The notes below the pieces were generated by a model, which saw only the letters and a program-made list of their open reading frames with translations, did no database searches and was not told the DNA's origin. The position numbers and the translations under genes were made by a program. Positions 12,330 through 25,740 of a stretch of DNA of 64,000 nucleotides are shown here, piece by piece; position 1 is the stretch's first letter; every line of letters starts with the position of its first letter. Source of the stretch: the human T2T-CHM13v2.0 reference genome, Homo sapiens. The stretch lies in the NCBI RefSeq assembly GCF_009914755.1, contig NC_060928.1; one strand, written 5' to 3'.

Positions 12330-13080
12330 CAGTTCATTAATCTCCATAATAAAAATTTTCTAAAAATAGAAAAAAATCCCAAAAATTTGATAGAAAAAAT
12401 GAGCCAAGAACAAGACATTGAAGACAAATGCAAATGGTCTTTAAATACGTGAGGAGGTTCACAACCTCACTGGCAATAAGATACATGCAAATGAAAAGTC
12501 ACAGTAAAATAAAGTTTCCCATCTCCCAGATTAGCAGAAAACCAAAAGTTTGCTACCATCCTCTGTTGGTGAGACTGTGGGGACAGACATCCTCATACAT
12601 GGTTGGTGAGAATGCAAAATGATGCTACTACTTCATGATAGGGAACCTGGCAATAGCTACCAAAATTGCAGAAACATTCACCCATTTACCCAGCACTCCT
12701 GCTTCTGGGAATCCACTCAGCATACCTGACATATGCACAAGGTTATTTATTACAGCAATGTAATGGCAAAAGACTGGAAGCAACCCAAATAATCATTGAT
12801 GGGGGGCTATTTAAATAAATTATGGTGCAACATACAACAAAATACTATGCAGCAGTCAAAGAAAAACTGAAGAAGTTCTCTGAATGCCAATATGGAAAAA
12901 GTCCCAGGATGTTTTCTAAAGTGAGAAGTAAACAAATAATAGGATATATAGAATGCTATCTTTTGTGTAAGAAAAGAGGGGAATTAGAAATATGTACTGA
13001 TATTGCCATAAAGAAAAAGTGTAAGGATAAAAATAGTTACCTAACAGGATGGAGAGAAACAGGGATAGGAGTGAGACTTC
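12330..13080 (+). mobile_element. Old L1M (L1MC/ME-like) 3' region
   Basis: tgttggtgagactgtgggga...ggtgagaatgcaaaatg...aaagactggaagcaacccaaat...tactatgcagcagt. Confidence 0.75.
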
Positions 13081-13489
13081 TTGCAGCCCCCTGGGCTGGG
13101 GGCTGATCTGTCACAGTCCCGTCCCCAGCTAGTCTCCAGGCCTCTTGTGATGGCTCTGCTTCCCAAGGCCTGGGTGGTTCAGGCTGGTACCCACTTCGTT
13201 TCACCAGTATAGATTACTGCTGTCCCTTGGGACTCACTCTAAGACTTTCTTTCCCTGTGTGGCATCCCCAGATCAGCTCATTGAGACCCATCTTTCCTCC
13301 AAATTTCTCAAATTGCTACCATATCCATTTGACAATCAGCCTTGAATGGCTTTGCAACATCTTTTTAATTGTTGTATTATTTATCTGTCTTCCTTTTTAT
13401 TGCTTATCATACTTCATTTGTGTAAATACTTTTTATAGGAATGAGACTTTTTCGTTGTTTTTAAAATGTATGTATTAGGCTATTTTAAC

Positions 13490-14077
<588 letters not shown>

Positions 14078-14361
14078 TAGGCTGAACTACTATCCCAGGC
14101 ATAAACTCCAGGTAACCAAAAGAGATGAAGGCTGCTGAACTTCCATTGCTATTTGTTTATGAGTTTTTTAGTAGTGAATCCTTGCAAAATGCGTGCTGAG
14201 CAAATTTCCATTATGCTGACCCTTGTGGGTGGATTACAGTTTCAAAACCATAGTAGCTTCCTGTTGTCCTCCGGAATCTTAACTCCAGTCCTCTGGCTCT
14301 ATATTTTTTTAAGTGGGCAGGTTGCTCAATGGAGTGATCTGATAGGGGAGCTCTTGCTGGA

Positions 14362-15035
14362 ATAATGGGGTTCTCAGTGGGGTTGGTACTGTGCCCAAAG
14401 AGGCATTTGAAAATTTGGGAGAGCAGTTTTCTGGTCATCACAATGATTAAGTGACTACTGGCATTTAGTAGGCCACTGCCCAGGGCAGTCCCCATGATCA
14501 AGAATTGCCTGAGTCCCACACAACTTTGTTTATCCCTCTGGACAATACCTAGGTGAAAAACCTGTTTTTAATCATCTAGAACCTTAACAAACATTTTGGT
14601 CTGTTTGTTTTGGGGTTTTATTTTGGTTTGTTTACTTTAACATACACTGAATTTCCAAAGAATGTCACCACTGTGTAAATCAAGGGAAGAATTTTCTTCA
14701 TTGCACTGGAACTTTATCAAAGGATTGTTTAATATTATAACATACCCTTAGGAGTCTACATTTGCAGCTGTCACATTCATGGGGATTTTATATGGGTCCA
14801 AGCATCGGAGCACTTCCTCATGTCTAGTAGTGTGGTCATTCACATGTTGAGGCACACATCTTATTGTAAGTTTCGATCATATCTCTCTTAACTATTACAG
14901 TTAAGAGATACGGATTTGTTTGCACTTACGTATGCATCTAGGTTATATTATCTCTGAATTTCACTTCAGGCAGGTAAGGAGGCATAATAAGTAGTTTTAC
15001 AAGGGGCGTTGGGTCTGGCAGGTCAGATGATTGCC
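14362..15035. mobile_element. MER20B-like hAT-Charlie element
   Basis: ggggttctcag...gtcatcacaatgatt...actggcatttagtagg at one end, aaggggcgttgggtctg at the other. Confidence 0.65.
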
Positions 15036-15652
15036 TCCTGTGCACACGTGTAGGAGACAGCATATGCACAGCAGATACACAGTACAGTAGTGACTGCACA
15101 AAACCAGAAGGGGAACCCTGCCCCAAGCACAGCCCGGCTTCATGATCGTGTTGCAGATAATGATCCAGTTGCTGCCTCGCCCTGTGAGCAGCTGCAGGAA
15201 TCAGTCTGGCTGAGGGCGTGCTTTTCTCTGAGTCGCTGGAGTCAGCTTTGGCTTTGATTTACAAAAGCTGGCAATTTCACTGAGTATACGACAGATCAAC
15301 AGCAGCCTTTTCCCGTGCAAAACACCTGGGAGAACTTCCTAATAGGCCTACCACACGGCTGTCACTTAATGAATATGTAACGGAAGTACAGTTTGATGGA
15401 AATAGGAGATTCTGGCCTATTTTTTCTGGGTTTTAGAAGAATGCTGATAAAATTCCATACCTCTGGCTTGGTTTTCCAACCATAAAGATGTTCCTGGTCT
15501 AACATATTATCCTCATCATCATCAACATCGCCATCATCATTATCAAAAAAGCACAATTTTGCCAAGTGTCTAATAGCTATTCATAGCAGCAGTGCCTGAG
15601 ACTGCTCATCTTGATAATGCTGACTACGATCATTACAATTTTTATTATCCAA

Positions 15653-15840
15653 CTCATTTATTCCACATTCAACAAATGTCTGTTGAACACCTAACCTATT
15701 ATTTGCCAGAGACTGTGCCAGGAATGAATAAGCATATGTAGTTCCTACTTTTGTAGAATTCATAGATCCAGGGAAGAAATCAATAGTAATAATTACACAA
15801 TTACATGTGCAGTTATGGCTAATTTAATTATGAAACAGGA
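15653..15840 (-). mobile_element. L2 3' fragment
   Basis: cattcaacaaatgtctgttgaacacctaa...gccagagactgtgccagg. Confidence 0.7.
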
Positions 15841-16142
15841 GAAAAATTCCTTGGACACCCCCTAGGTACCTGAACTCTTCATTTTTGCATCCTACCCCCC
15901 AAGTTGCTTCTCCCCCAAAATCTGATCTGAGTTGTCTGCACAGAAAACTGAGTCATCCTAGCAATCACTTTTCTAACTTCTCATTCTTGACACCTAATTA
16001 ATCACTGAGTGCTACTAATTTTACCTCCTCCACATTTTTCTAATGCCTCCCTTCCTCCCTATCCCCACAACCCTGTTTATCATCTGGCTGGACATTTGTA
16101 ACAGCTTTGTAACAGGTCTCTCTGCCTTTAGTCTTGGCACTG

Positions 16143-16720
16143 GTGTTGATCAGGATTCAGTCGCAGAGAACAGAATTCACTCTATCCAGCTTAAGTAGAT
16201 GGTGATTTGTTACAAGGTATTAAATGGCTTACAGAATTGCTGGAAAAGCTGAAGAAGCAGGTGGAGCTTTTGAAAATGGCTTTGGGAACCACATTGCAGA
16301 AACTGAGTGCATGGGATCTACTGCCTCTTTTATAATCCAGAAGCTGCATGTCAAACAAAGAAGCTTATGCCTGAGCTGCCAGCTCCAGAACCATGCCTCC
16401 ATTGCCATAATCAGATGCCAGCGTGCTCAGAAAGCCATGGCAATTAGGAAACAGCCATGATTCAAAGAAACTGTGATCATGAAACCACGGCAGAAAAACC
16501 CAGCGCCTCTGTGAGCAAGGGGACCAGCAGAACCCCCAGGGGTGCAGCCTCGCTTCCACCTTCCAAATCCCGGGCAAATATTTCTGGTTGATAAAACCTA
16601 AATCATGTCCAGAACCCAAATTACACCCTAAAGGTGTAGTTTTGAGCTTCCTAGCTGCTGCAGAACTGCAGTAGAGGAAGGCTCCCTAGGAGAACTTTGA
16701 GATAGACATGGAGTGTGAAC
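16143..16720 (-). mobile_element. Ancient MaLR LTR (MLT1N2/M-like)
   Basis: tcaggattcagtcgcagagaacagaattcactctatccagcttaag...ggcttacagaattgctggaa. Confidence 0.5.
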
Positions 16721-16723
16721 TGC

Positions 16724-17271
16724 TGTGATGGTTAATTGTAGGTGTCCACATGACTGAATTGAGGGATGGCTAGATGTCTGGTGAAGTGTGGCTTCTGGGT
16801 ATGAGTGTTTCCAGGGGAGACTGAAGAGCGAGTCAGTGGATTCAGAGAGGAAGACATGCCCTCAATGTGGGCAGGCACCCTCTCATCGGCAGGGGGCCCA
16901 ATTGGAACAGGCAGAAGGGAGATCTCTCTCTCTTTCTCTGTCTTCCTTCTGGTGTGGGATGCCTATTCTTCTCCTATCGTTGAACATCAGACTCCAGGTT
17001 CTTTGGCTTTCAGGCTCTGGGACTTGCACCAGCAGCTTCCCAGGGGGTTTTGGGCCTTCGGCCTCAGCTGGGGGCTTTACCATCTTTTTTTTACCTTTTG
17101 TGGTTCTGATGCTCCCAGACTTGGATTTGGACTGAGCCACACTACTGGCTGCTCTGGTCTTTGCAGACAGCTTATTATAGGGCTTCCCTTCCTCTTTGCA
17201 TCAATTCCCTAATGAATCCCCTCTTGTATATCCTATTGGTTTTGTCTTTCTGGAGAACTCAGACTAATACA
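16724..17271 (+). mobile_element. MLT2B-like ERVL solo LTR
   Basis: Starts tgtgatggttaatt, contains ccctcaatgtgggcaggcacc, ends tcctattggttttgtctttctggagaactcagactaataca. Confidence 0.88.
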
Positions 17272-18114
17272 ACCATGTTCCTCTTCAAGTCACCAGACTG
17301 ATGTTTCTGAAATACAAATCTGACCATGTCATTCCTCTGCAGAAACTCTTTCCATGGTTCTCCATTGGCCATAAAATAATGTGCAAGTTCCAGCCCTCAC
17401 ACTTGACTCTCTTGTGACACCAAGGTGCACTCTGTGTGCTCTTTCAGGACCCACGTCCTTGTTCATGCTGTCTCCTCTGTCTGGAGTGCACGTCCCACCT
17501 CACCAGACAAACATTTACTCATCTGAGACTCAGGTCAGGCATACTAGGAAGTCCTTCTTGAATTGTATGGGCTATAGGTTACCACTGCAGCTTTCTGGAC
17601 ATGCCTATGTCTTGAAATCACCTGCCCATGTTTCTGTCTACACTATTATGTGTTCTCTGGGAGCAGTAACTGGGTGTCATTCATCTTTGTATTTTGAGTT
17701 TCCACACAGTGCCAGCTTCAAAAACATGCTAAATAAAAGTTTGCCAAACTGAAATGAATGATACTAAACTGTGTCTTCAGTTGAGTTACCTAGGAACAAG
17801 ACTCAAAGGAAGAGTTCGCCTGCAGGAAATTTACTGGGACTGCCCTGGGACTCAATCCCTACAGCAGGGCAGGGAGAAAGAGGAGGAAGTGGAGGAATCA
17901 AGTCTGGGCATAGGGAGAAGTTGGATAGTGATGCAGTCGTGATGAGACCCCAGCTAGCTCCACAGTGAGCTCAAGAGCTGAAAGTCCCTGTAGAGCTGTC
18001 CTACCCTGAAGTAAGAGGTCCAGGCCTCTATAACCCCGTCAACTAGTTATTGGATGTTGTCTCCTTAGGGTCAATAGCTCCCTTCAAGTGGGGGGAAATT
18101 ACTGCAAGGTGACT

Positions 18115-18229
18115 GCATCAACCAGAGTTTGGTCTCAGGAGAACCATTCAGTGGGAAGGTAAATGGAAAAATGGAGGGATGGATCGATAGATACATAGGT
18201 AGGTAGGTAGATAGATATATGGATGGATG

Positions 18230-18275
<46 letters not shown>

Positions 18276-18580
18276 CAGATAGATAGATAGAATTGGAAAT
18301 TTACTTGTTAAAGGGACATGACCTATGCAATCATTGGAACTGGTTATATAGTTTATCTGAGTCTGTTGTTTCTGTGTCTGGTGCTCAATCCTGAAGTCTG
18401 CAGGATAGGCAGTCAGAAGAGAAGACGGAAGTGAAGTGGAGAATGCAGGACAAACTAGAACCTGTGAAGCTGAGCTTCAACCCAACAGGATGTGCTGAAC
18501 CCATGCCAGTCTCTCTATCTAAGGCACCATCTTGGCTAATGGCTGTGTGGAGAAGCTGGCACCCTTCGTCATGGCACTAA
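18115..18580 (-). mobile_element. MLT2E/F-like LTR fragment containing a GATA STR
   Basis: tatgcaatcattggaactgg...gaagtctgcaggataggcagtcagaagagaag...caggacaaactagaacc. Confidence 0.5.
18176..18290. repeat. Compound (GGAT)/(AGGT)/(GATA)n tetranucleotide STR
   Basis: Long (ATAG)n run at 18231-18290 with one GACA interruption. Confidence 0.97.
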
Positions 18581-20400
18581 GAGCTGTCAGCCACCAACAC
18601 TCCCAGTGTCTGGGGAAACGAGTGCCCTAGGACTGGAAAAGGGGATTGGGGTGGAGTACCACAGCAGCCACTCTATGATGTTGTTCACAGACCAGCACTT
18701 GGCAAGGTTCATTTTTTCTAGGGCCTCACATCCCAAGAATGACAAAATCTAGCTTGTGAAAACAGATAAAGCACAGTCAGTGAATATCAAATAATGCAAT
18801 AAAAATAAAACTAGTTAATAAAAATCTTACCCTCATATGCTATGAAATTTCAGGTGGGTAGAAAGAAAATAAGGAACATCCAGGGACCAGAGAGAATTTT
18901 TAAAGAATTCACAAGATTGAAGGTGATAGTGAGAGGGAGGTCTGAGCTGTGGGGAAATGGGCAAGGAAACAAATTATAAAAATGTATGATGTGTTGTTGT
19001 TTTCATGGAGAATATACGAAGTAGGCTTTGAAGGATGAAAGTCTGGACAACACTAACTTAGAAATTCTGCCAATTAGTTGTGCATTTCCAGAAATCTATT
19101 CATTCTTCTTTTCTTTCCCACCTTCCTACTCCTTGGCCTTCATGTTAGTCAAGGATAGCACAATGTTGCTCCTTCTCACTCCTTGCCCATGGCAGACATC
19201 ACTAATCAATTGTGGCATTCCTTCCTGGGTGCCCAAATAAGATCTCATAATCCTCAGCATTGTACTCCAGGTAGCCACTGCCAATTGATGGTATGGAACT
19301 TAATAGCCATGCCTGCTCATAATCCATTGCATTCGTTTATACCTGACTTACAATTTCTTCTAAAAATGCCTGTTTCTCACACCATCTTTACCTGCTATAA
19401 CAGACCTAAAACCCATGCCTGAGAACAAAAATTCTAGCCTCTATTCTGCATCCCTGGCCTTAATAAAATGAGGCAAAGTGAAAGGATTTGAGGCTTTTAA
19501 AGCCTGTTTCTCTGGCTATTTCACCATAGAACAGTCCCACTTCTTAGGGACATAGATTTAGGAAACAGGATCAGTACTAGCAAGAACAAAGGAAAGTGTG
19601 GCAAATAAATCCACCTGCCATTCTCAGAATAGAAACTATTCTTGAGAAGCAGGTTTTAGAAAGAAATTGGGGGAAAGGAAATATAAAATAACTATACATG
19701 CAAAAATGGTAGGGAAACTTCTGTTTTCATTAATAACAATTATGAAGAAGAGCTACTTATAGTTGTACCTTTCTTTCAGCAATGGATGCATATGAACTGA
19801 ACTTTCGTAAATCAATCTATTGGCTTAGATGCTTGTTTCAGAATCCTTCATATCTGATTTATTACCTTAGTGCCTTAACAATGCATTAATAGTGCATTCC
19901 TCTGGCCTTGGTTCCCAATTAGTTTTCTGTAAGCAAGCATTTAAATGTTAAGGAATGTTAGGAAATCTCTTTGGAAGGCAAATGATTCAATTGAAGTGTA
20001 AGTAACCCCCTCAGTTTATCTAATATTGATATTACCTGCTGCTATTGTAGACATTTATATTTTTCAAAGTGCTACCACACTTAAATGTATTCGATCAGCC
20101 AAATGACTCTGTAGGGAGAGTGTGGGGTGGCCGTGGCTCCCACTTTCTGAAGAGGAAACAGGAAGTGTGTTTCATAAGTGCTTTGCTTACTGGAGTTCAC
20201 ATGGGTAGTTAGTGAGAGTTAAGACTTGGTCCCATGTCATCTGACACGTGGCCAAAACTATGTTTCCCATTAGCATGTACTATGTCAAGTGTCATGTCTG
20301 CTTGCTTATTTTTTGAGGTGACATCAGCTATATCAAGTTCTCTGAATTCAAGTATATTCCAAATGATCTGCTTATTGAGAAACTGAACTATGGTGCTATT

Positions 20401-20853
<453 letters not shown>

Positions 20854-21234
20854 GTTAAACTACCTACATGGCTTCAGATAAGCACACATGACCATCATAG
20901 GCTTAGATAACACAGTAGCCAGACTCAGAGAGTTAACATGCAGCCATCGGCTAGAGATTATACGTATAGACTAAGTACATCATTGTATTTGCAGTACACA
21001 GACTGATCTTGGACTTTGTCCACAGGAGTATGATGAACAGAAGGACCAAAAGGATTTTGATTACAGCACTGTTTGCCACTACAAAACCACAAAATGGCTT
21101 TTCTCTCCACCCTTATATACATGCCAGGGGAAAAGGACATGATCCTCACTGGGACTTTCTCAGAGACCTTCAGGTAGTAGGTTCTATTAAAACTTGAGGA
21201 AGGTCTCGGGGGTCAACTTCTGGGGAACCTAGAA

Positions 21235-21684
21235 TGCGGCAAGAAGAATGCAATTCACCAACCCCAATCCTCATCTTCCAGGAAGCCTTCCTAAGCCAAC
21301 TTGCAGTCTTCTTGCATGCGGGTGGGCCCATAAAATTAGTTCCCACAAATGGAATGTGAGAGGAAGTGTGGCCTATTATCTGGGTGGTGGGAGCAAGGTT
21401 GCCTTCTTCATGTGATCTCTCTTCTCTCATCTTGTGGTTACAGAGAATACAGTAAAGAACTCTCTCGGCCTCAAAGGGAATGTCAGAGACTTGAGTGGAA
21501 GGAGCCTGGGTCCCTAAGTGGCTCAATGGAGCAGAGCCCATCCCTCACCTCCCCCAGCCTCCAACTTCATTGGGCTGTGATGTCAGTGAGGTTAGAGAAA
21601 AGTAAATTCTGGTGGGGAAGGGGAGTAAAGCTGCCTGGGCTTTGGGGTCATTTGTCACAGCAGGTAGCCTGCCCTGCCTAGCAC
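21235..21684 (+). mobile_element. MLT1 (H/I-like) solo LTR
   Basis: aatggaatgtgagaggaagtg...ggaaggagcctgggtccctaagtg...tggagcagagcc...tttggggtcatttgtcacagcag. Confidence 0.7.
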
Positions 21685-22299
21685 AGACAGATGCATGCCT
21701 TATCCTCTTCCCAGATGTCCACCTGGCTCCAGGTGCAATCTCATGACCGGAAGGATACATTTTTACTGTCTTACACCTACACTCTTCCCCGTCCCTTTTC
21801 AGCACTTAGGAATCAACTCTTTCCTCTTCCTCCTGGCTCTTTGGGACCTACTCTAGTTTTCTAGTCTGCAATTAAATTTTTCCTGGAAAATGTTTACCAC
21901 AATTAAGCATCAATACAAAGCCTATTTGTCCTCTACTCCTCTGCTGACATTTTACTTCAATATATAATCAAAAGGGAAGAAAGCAAAGGGCAAAGTCCTC
22001 TGATGTGAGTTTCCAACATCTGGTGCCCCAAGGTACGTAAAGGTAGAAGGCAGCTGAAAGCTGACAGTCTCCTCAGGGTTGCCCTGTCATCCGTCATCCG
22101 CAGAATCCATCTTCAGCCCCCAGGTGGGCTTAAAGGAAGTCTCCGAGGCCAGATGTGTACCAGCAGCTGCTGGTGGAAATTGCATTTGGGAAGGCTGTTC
22201 TTCTGTTAACCCCAAACACTGTCTTCTCTGGAGCTCTTGGGTGTGCTGTCACATCAGGTGTAGCGGAAGGGAACACACTTGGTGGGCAGAGAGGGCAGG

Positions 22300-22505
22300 G
22301 AGAAATGCTTCAGGTTCCCACCACTTATAAGCTGTGTGATATCCGGTGACTTTATTAACCTTTCTGGGCCTTAGTTACTGGATCCATAAAGTAGGAATGG
22401 CATTAGTAGCTACCTCCTAGTTCTGTTATGAGGATTAAATGAAACAATACTTGCAAAAGGCTTAGTGCCTGGCACCTAACAACTGTCAGTAAATGTGAGC
22501 AATCG
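22300..22505 (+). mobile_element. MIR
   Basis: ccaccacttataagctgtgtga...ttatgaggattaaatgaaacaatac...gtgcctggcac. Confidence 0.85.
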
Positions 22506-22834
22506 TGGTGGCAATTGTGCTTGTGGTTGTTGTTATTAGAATATCTGGTTTCTTCTGCTCCTGAGTTTCTGGTGATTGTCCAGCTCTTCTACAGGAACTC
22601 CATGCCCCCCCAAGTATGCTGAACTACAGTTTTCTTGATTTTAGAGATAGAAGGGATGATCTTCGCAAAAACCTCATTGTAAAGGTAAATAAAGGGCCTA
22701 CAGTCTAGGGCTGTGAAAAGACATGCTTTTGGTCTCTCAGTGGTTCCACTGCAGTCAGCCCTAGAACCGAGGCTTCTCCTCCAATATCCTTCCTGCCTCC
22801 CCACTCTTCCAGTGGGCTTTTCCTACAACCCTCA

Positions 22835-23050
22835 GGTTCTGAAACTGGACTCCCTGGGTTCAAATCCTGGTCCTGCCAATTCCCAACAGTGTAGTCACAG
22901 GAAAGGTCCTTAACCTCAGTGTGCCCCAGTGTGACCTTGACTACAAAGTGGGGAGAACAATTGTCCCGGCCTAGGATGGGCATTAAGAGGACAGAGTGAA
23001 CTGTGTCTGAGTGTGGGAACCAGGCCTGGCCACCCAGGCCCATGATATTC
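22835..23050 (+). mobile_element. MIR
   Basis: cctgggttcaaatcctggtcctgcca...ttaacctcagtgtgccccagt. Confidence 0.7.
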
Positions 23051-25579
23051 CACTGAGCCACCCCTGCCTCTCAGATGGGACAAAGTTCAGGACACATTAG
23101 CCCCCAGCTCTGCTGACTTGGTGTGTTCCGTGGGCCAGGGCTGACCCATCAGCCTCATCGTCTTTAGCATTTCTAGCAAGTGTTCCCTAGCAGCTCTGCT
23201 GAGTGGCATGGCCTAATCCTGCCTGCCAGCTTTACAAAATCAATCTCAAACCACTTCAGGAGGGCGACCAGCCAGGATTTAGCAGTCACTTCTAATGGAC
23301 GAGAAAATGGAGCCCCGTGTCCCCTGGTGTGTGCTGAGTCAGTGACACAGCACCGCTTGGGAGCCAGGGGCCACTCCTAGGAACGCCACTCCCCCCACAC
23401 AACTCTGGCCTCACACTTCCAAGCTTGGATGCCTCTGGTGAGCTCAGGCCCAGAATCCCACACTAGAACTCCCAGGACCTCAAGCTGCTGTGACTGTCAC
23501 AGATGGAATGTGCTGCAGTCAAAAACCTGCAATGGAGTCCACAGAACTCCCTGTCAGCAGAAAATCCTCCCTCGCTGCAAAGAACAAGGTGGCTGTGGGG
23601 TGACTGGAGGTGAGAGGGAAAAAATCCTCCCACAAACACTGTTAATCCCTATTTGATAGAGAGAAGAGGAAAGGACTCTCATGGTAAGACACATCAATTA
23701 GATTCCCATCCTTGCCCCTGGAAACCTCTGGGAACTGAATGTGATCCTTGGGAAAGGCAGATTGGAGGGGTCTTAGCAAACTTGCTCGAATCATTAAAGC
23801 AATCACAAGTGGGCACTGGGCTGGAGGTTCCCAAAGAGGAAACCACAGGCCCCAATTCTCCTTGCTCCTGCCTCAGCCCTACTTCCTAACCTCCTCTTCT
23901 CCAACTGTGAGCTGCCCATCAAGCCTCCACTCCAGTCACTCCCGTGACCCTGCAGAAAAGGAAGGCACCAGGGCCCTAAGGGAGAGAGCAGTACTTCAAG
24001 CATTTCTGCTGTTCCAGATGCCTTTATCTCCCTTTCCCCCTGCCTCTCTCTTTCTCTCTATCTCTCAGCTTCGACTTTTACATTAGGGTCAGCCGCCTCA
24101 TTCAGTGACTACATGAGGAGAGTCCTTACCCGAGCCCCAGTCTTCCTCCCCTGTCTCAAGTCGAGGAATGCAGACACCTTGGGCAGCCTTTCAGACAGCG
24201 TCTCCGCAGAGTGATTTGTGGCCTGCGCAGTTGGGGCAGGATCATTAAGTATGTTGATGATGACAGCCCGTGAGCGTGTCACAGGGTTACTGAGCATTGG
24301 GACAAGAGTGTGGGGCTCTTCTAAAGGAAATGAAAACAGCTATTTTCAACCTCATCAGCTCATCTTCCTCCTATGAAATTTCAGCCTTACAGCAACAGCC
24401 CCAAACTCCACACTGAAGCTGCCTCCTTCTGCTCTCCTCCCCTCTGAAAGGAATGCTTTCCCTAGGCTGAGAGTGCAGGTGGCATTTTAGGTGCTCAAGG
24501 GTAGCCCTTTGACATGGGCATGATTTACTGGACCTGATCCTGGTAACCTCCAGCTCTCGCCTGCCCCATCCCTCTTTTTTTAATCAGTGAGACTGGATTA
24601 TGGTTCTGCTTAGAAACAATGGTAAGCCATGTGGCCCCCATATCAAAGTAATCCCCAGGCTTCAGTGGCAAATAAAAAGCCGTCTCCAAGGAGGCCTTGA
24701 AATGGCAAGGCTTGGAATGTGATCTGCAGTACAAGCTCCTGCCTGGGCATCTCCCAGCACTGAGTATTGTGGGAGATTTGTCAAAAAGAAGGGGGAAGAG
24801 AAAAGCCCATGACAACTCCAGAATTGTTTCGGTTTTGTTAGCAAAGACAAGATAAGCAAAACAATCTCTATCAAATTCGATTAATTCTTTTCTTGCTATT
24901 AATTCTTTTCTTGCTAATTCATTTAGCCGTGTTTATCATGAAGGCTGAGACATCAAATCTCAGGGGGCAGTGCTCCCCTACACCACACTGAGACGTTGTT
25001 GCACAATAAGGAAGCAAGTCATCCTGATCAAGGTCACCTGTCCGTCACATGGCACCTTGAGAGCCACTTCTCCTTGGGAGTGGGAGTGAGGGCTGGTCTG
25101 AGTCACTTCTCATTCCTCGCTCCTGAGATTGCGTGGTGGTGGCAGCCAGCAGCTGGCTTTCTGCTCCCTGATGCCAAACTCTCTTCCCTGCCTGGCTGCA
25201 TAAGAGAAGACCTCCTCACCCCGCCTCCCCAACCCCCTTGTAATAAAGGACTTTTGCAATTGAAAAGCTAGATCCTCTGTCCATAGAATTTTCTGAGAAT
25301 ATTGTAGCATAGAACTTTTTGCCCAAGGCAGCTGAATGTTAAAGACATTAGTTAATTAAGTCTCAGAATACTGTCATCACTGTCTACTTCCTCTCATGCC
25401 AAGAGACTAAAGAATACAGTGCATCCAGCCAAGTCCAAAGAAAAAGACAGCAGGGAATGAAATTCTCCAACCCTAATATTATTCAGCACCTTAAGTCTTA
25501 TTGAGGTGCCTGAGAATGGGGCTGCCTTGGGTCAGGTGGGCTATACCCAGGACTCACTTTGGAAGACCTCAAAACAAAC

Positions 25580-25740
25580 CAGGCCCTGCCCCTTCCTAGC
25601 TGTGTGAATTTGGGCAAGTATCCCAGTTTCTCTGAGCCTCAGTTTCTGCATCTGAAGAATGGAGCTCTTAATACCTACTTCATAGGGTTGCTGGAAGAAT
25701 GAGCTATAAGAATATATGTGAAAGTGCCATTGAAATATTT
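25580..25740 (+). mobile_element. MIR
   Basis: ctagctgtgtgaatttgggcaagt...tctctgagcctcagtttctgcatctg...tacctacttcatagggttg. Confidence 0.85.

Larger units (their letters stand above)
15860..17761 (+). mobile_element. L2 split by nested LTRs (L2 at ~15860-16138 and ~17275-17761)
   Basis: gagtcatcct...aatcactgagtgctactaattttacctcc. Resumes aatacaaatctgaccatgtcattcctctgc and ends aataaaagtttg...aatgaatga. Confidence 0.7.
17770..18672 (-). mobile_element. LTR16(C)-like LTR interrupted at ~18115-18580
   Basis: tgcaggaaatttactggg...gggagaagttggatagtgatgcagt. Resumes gagctgtcagccaccaacactccca. Confidence 0.65.

Noticed and set aside
24880-24915. 18-bp perfect tandem duplication attaattcttttcttgct x2
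   Set aside because: Ordinary slippage-type micro-duplication.
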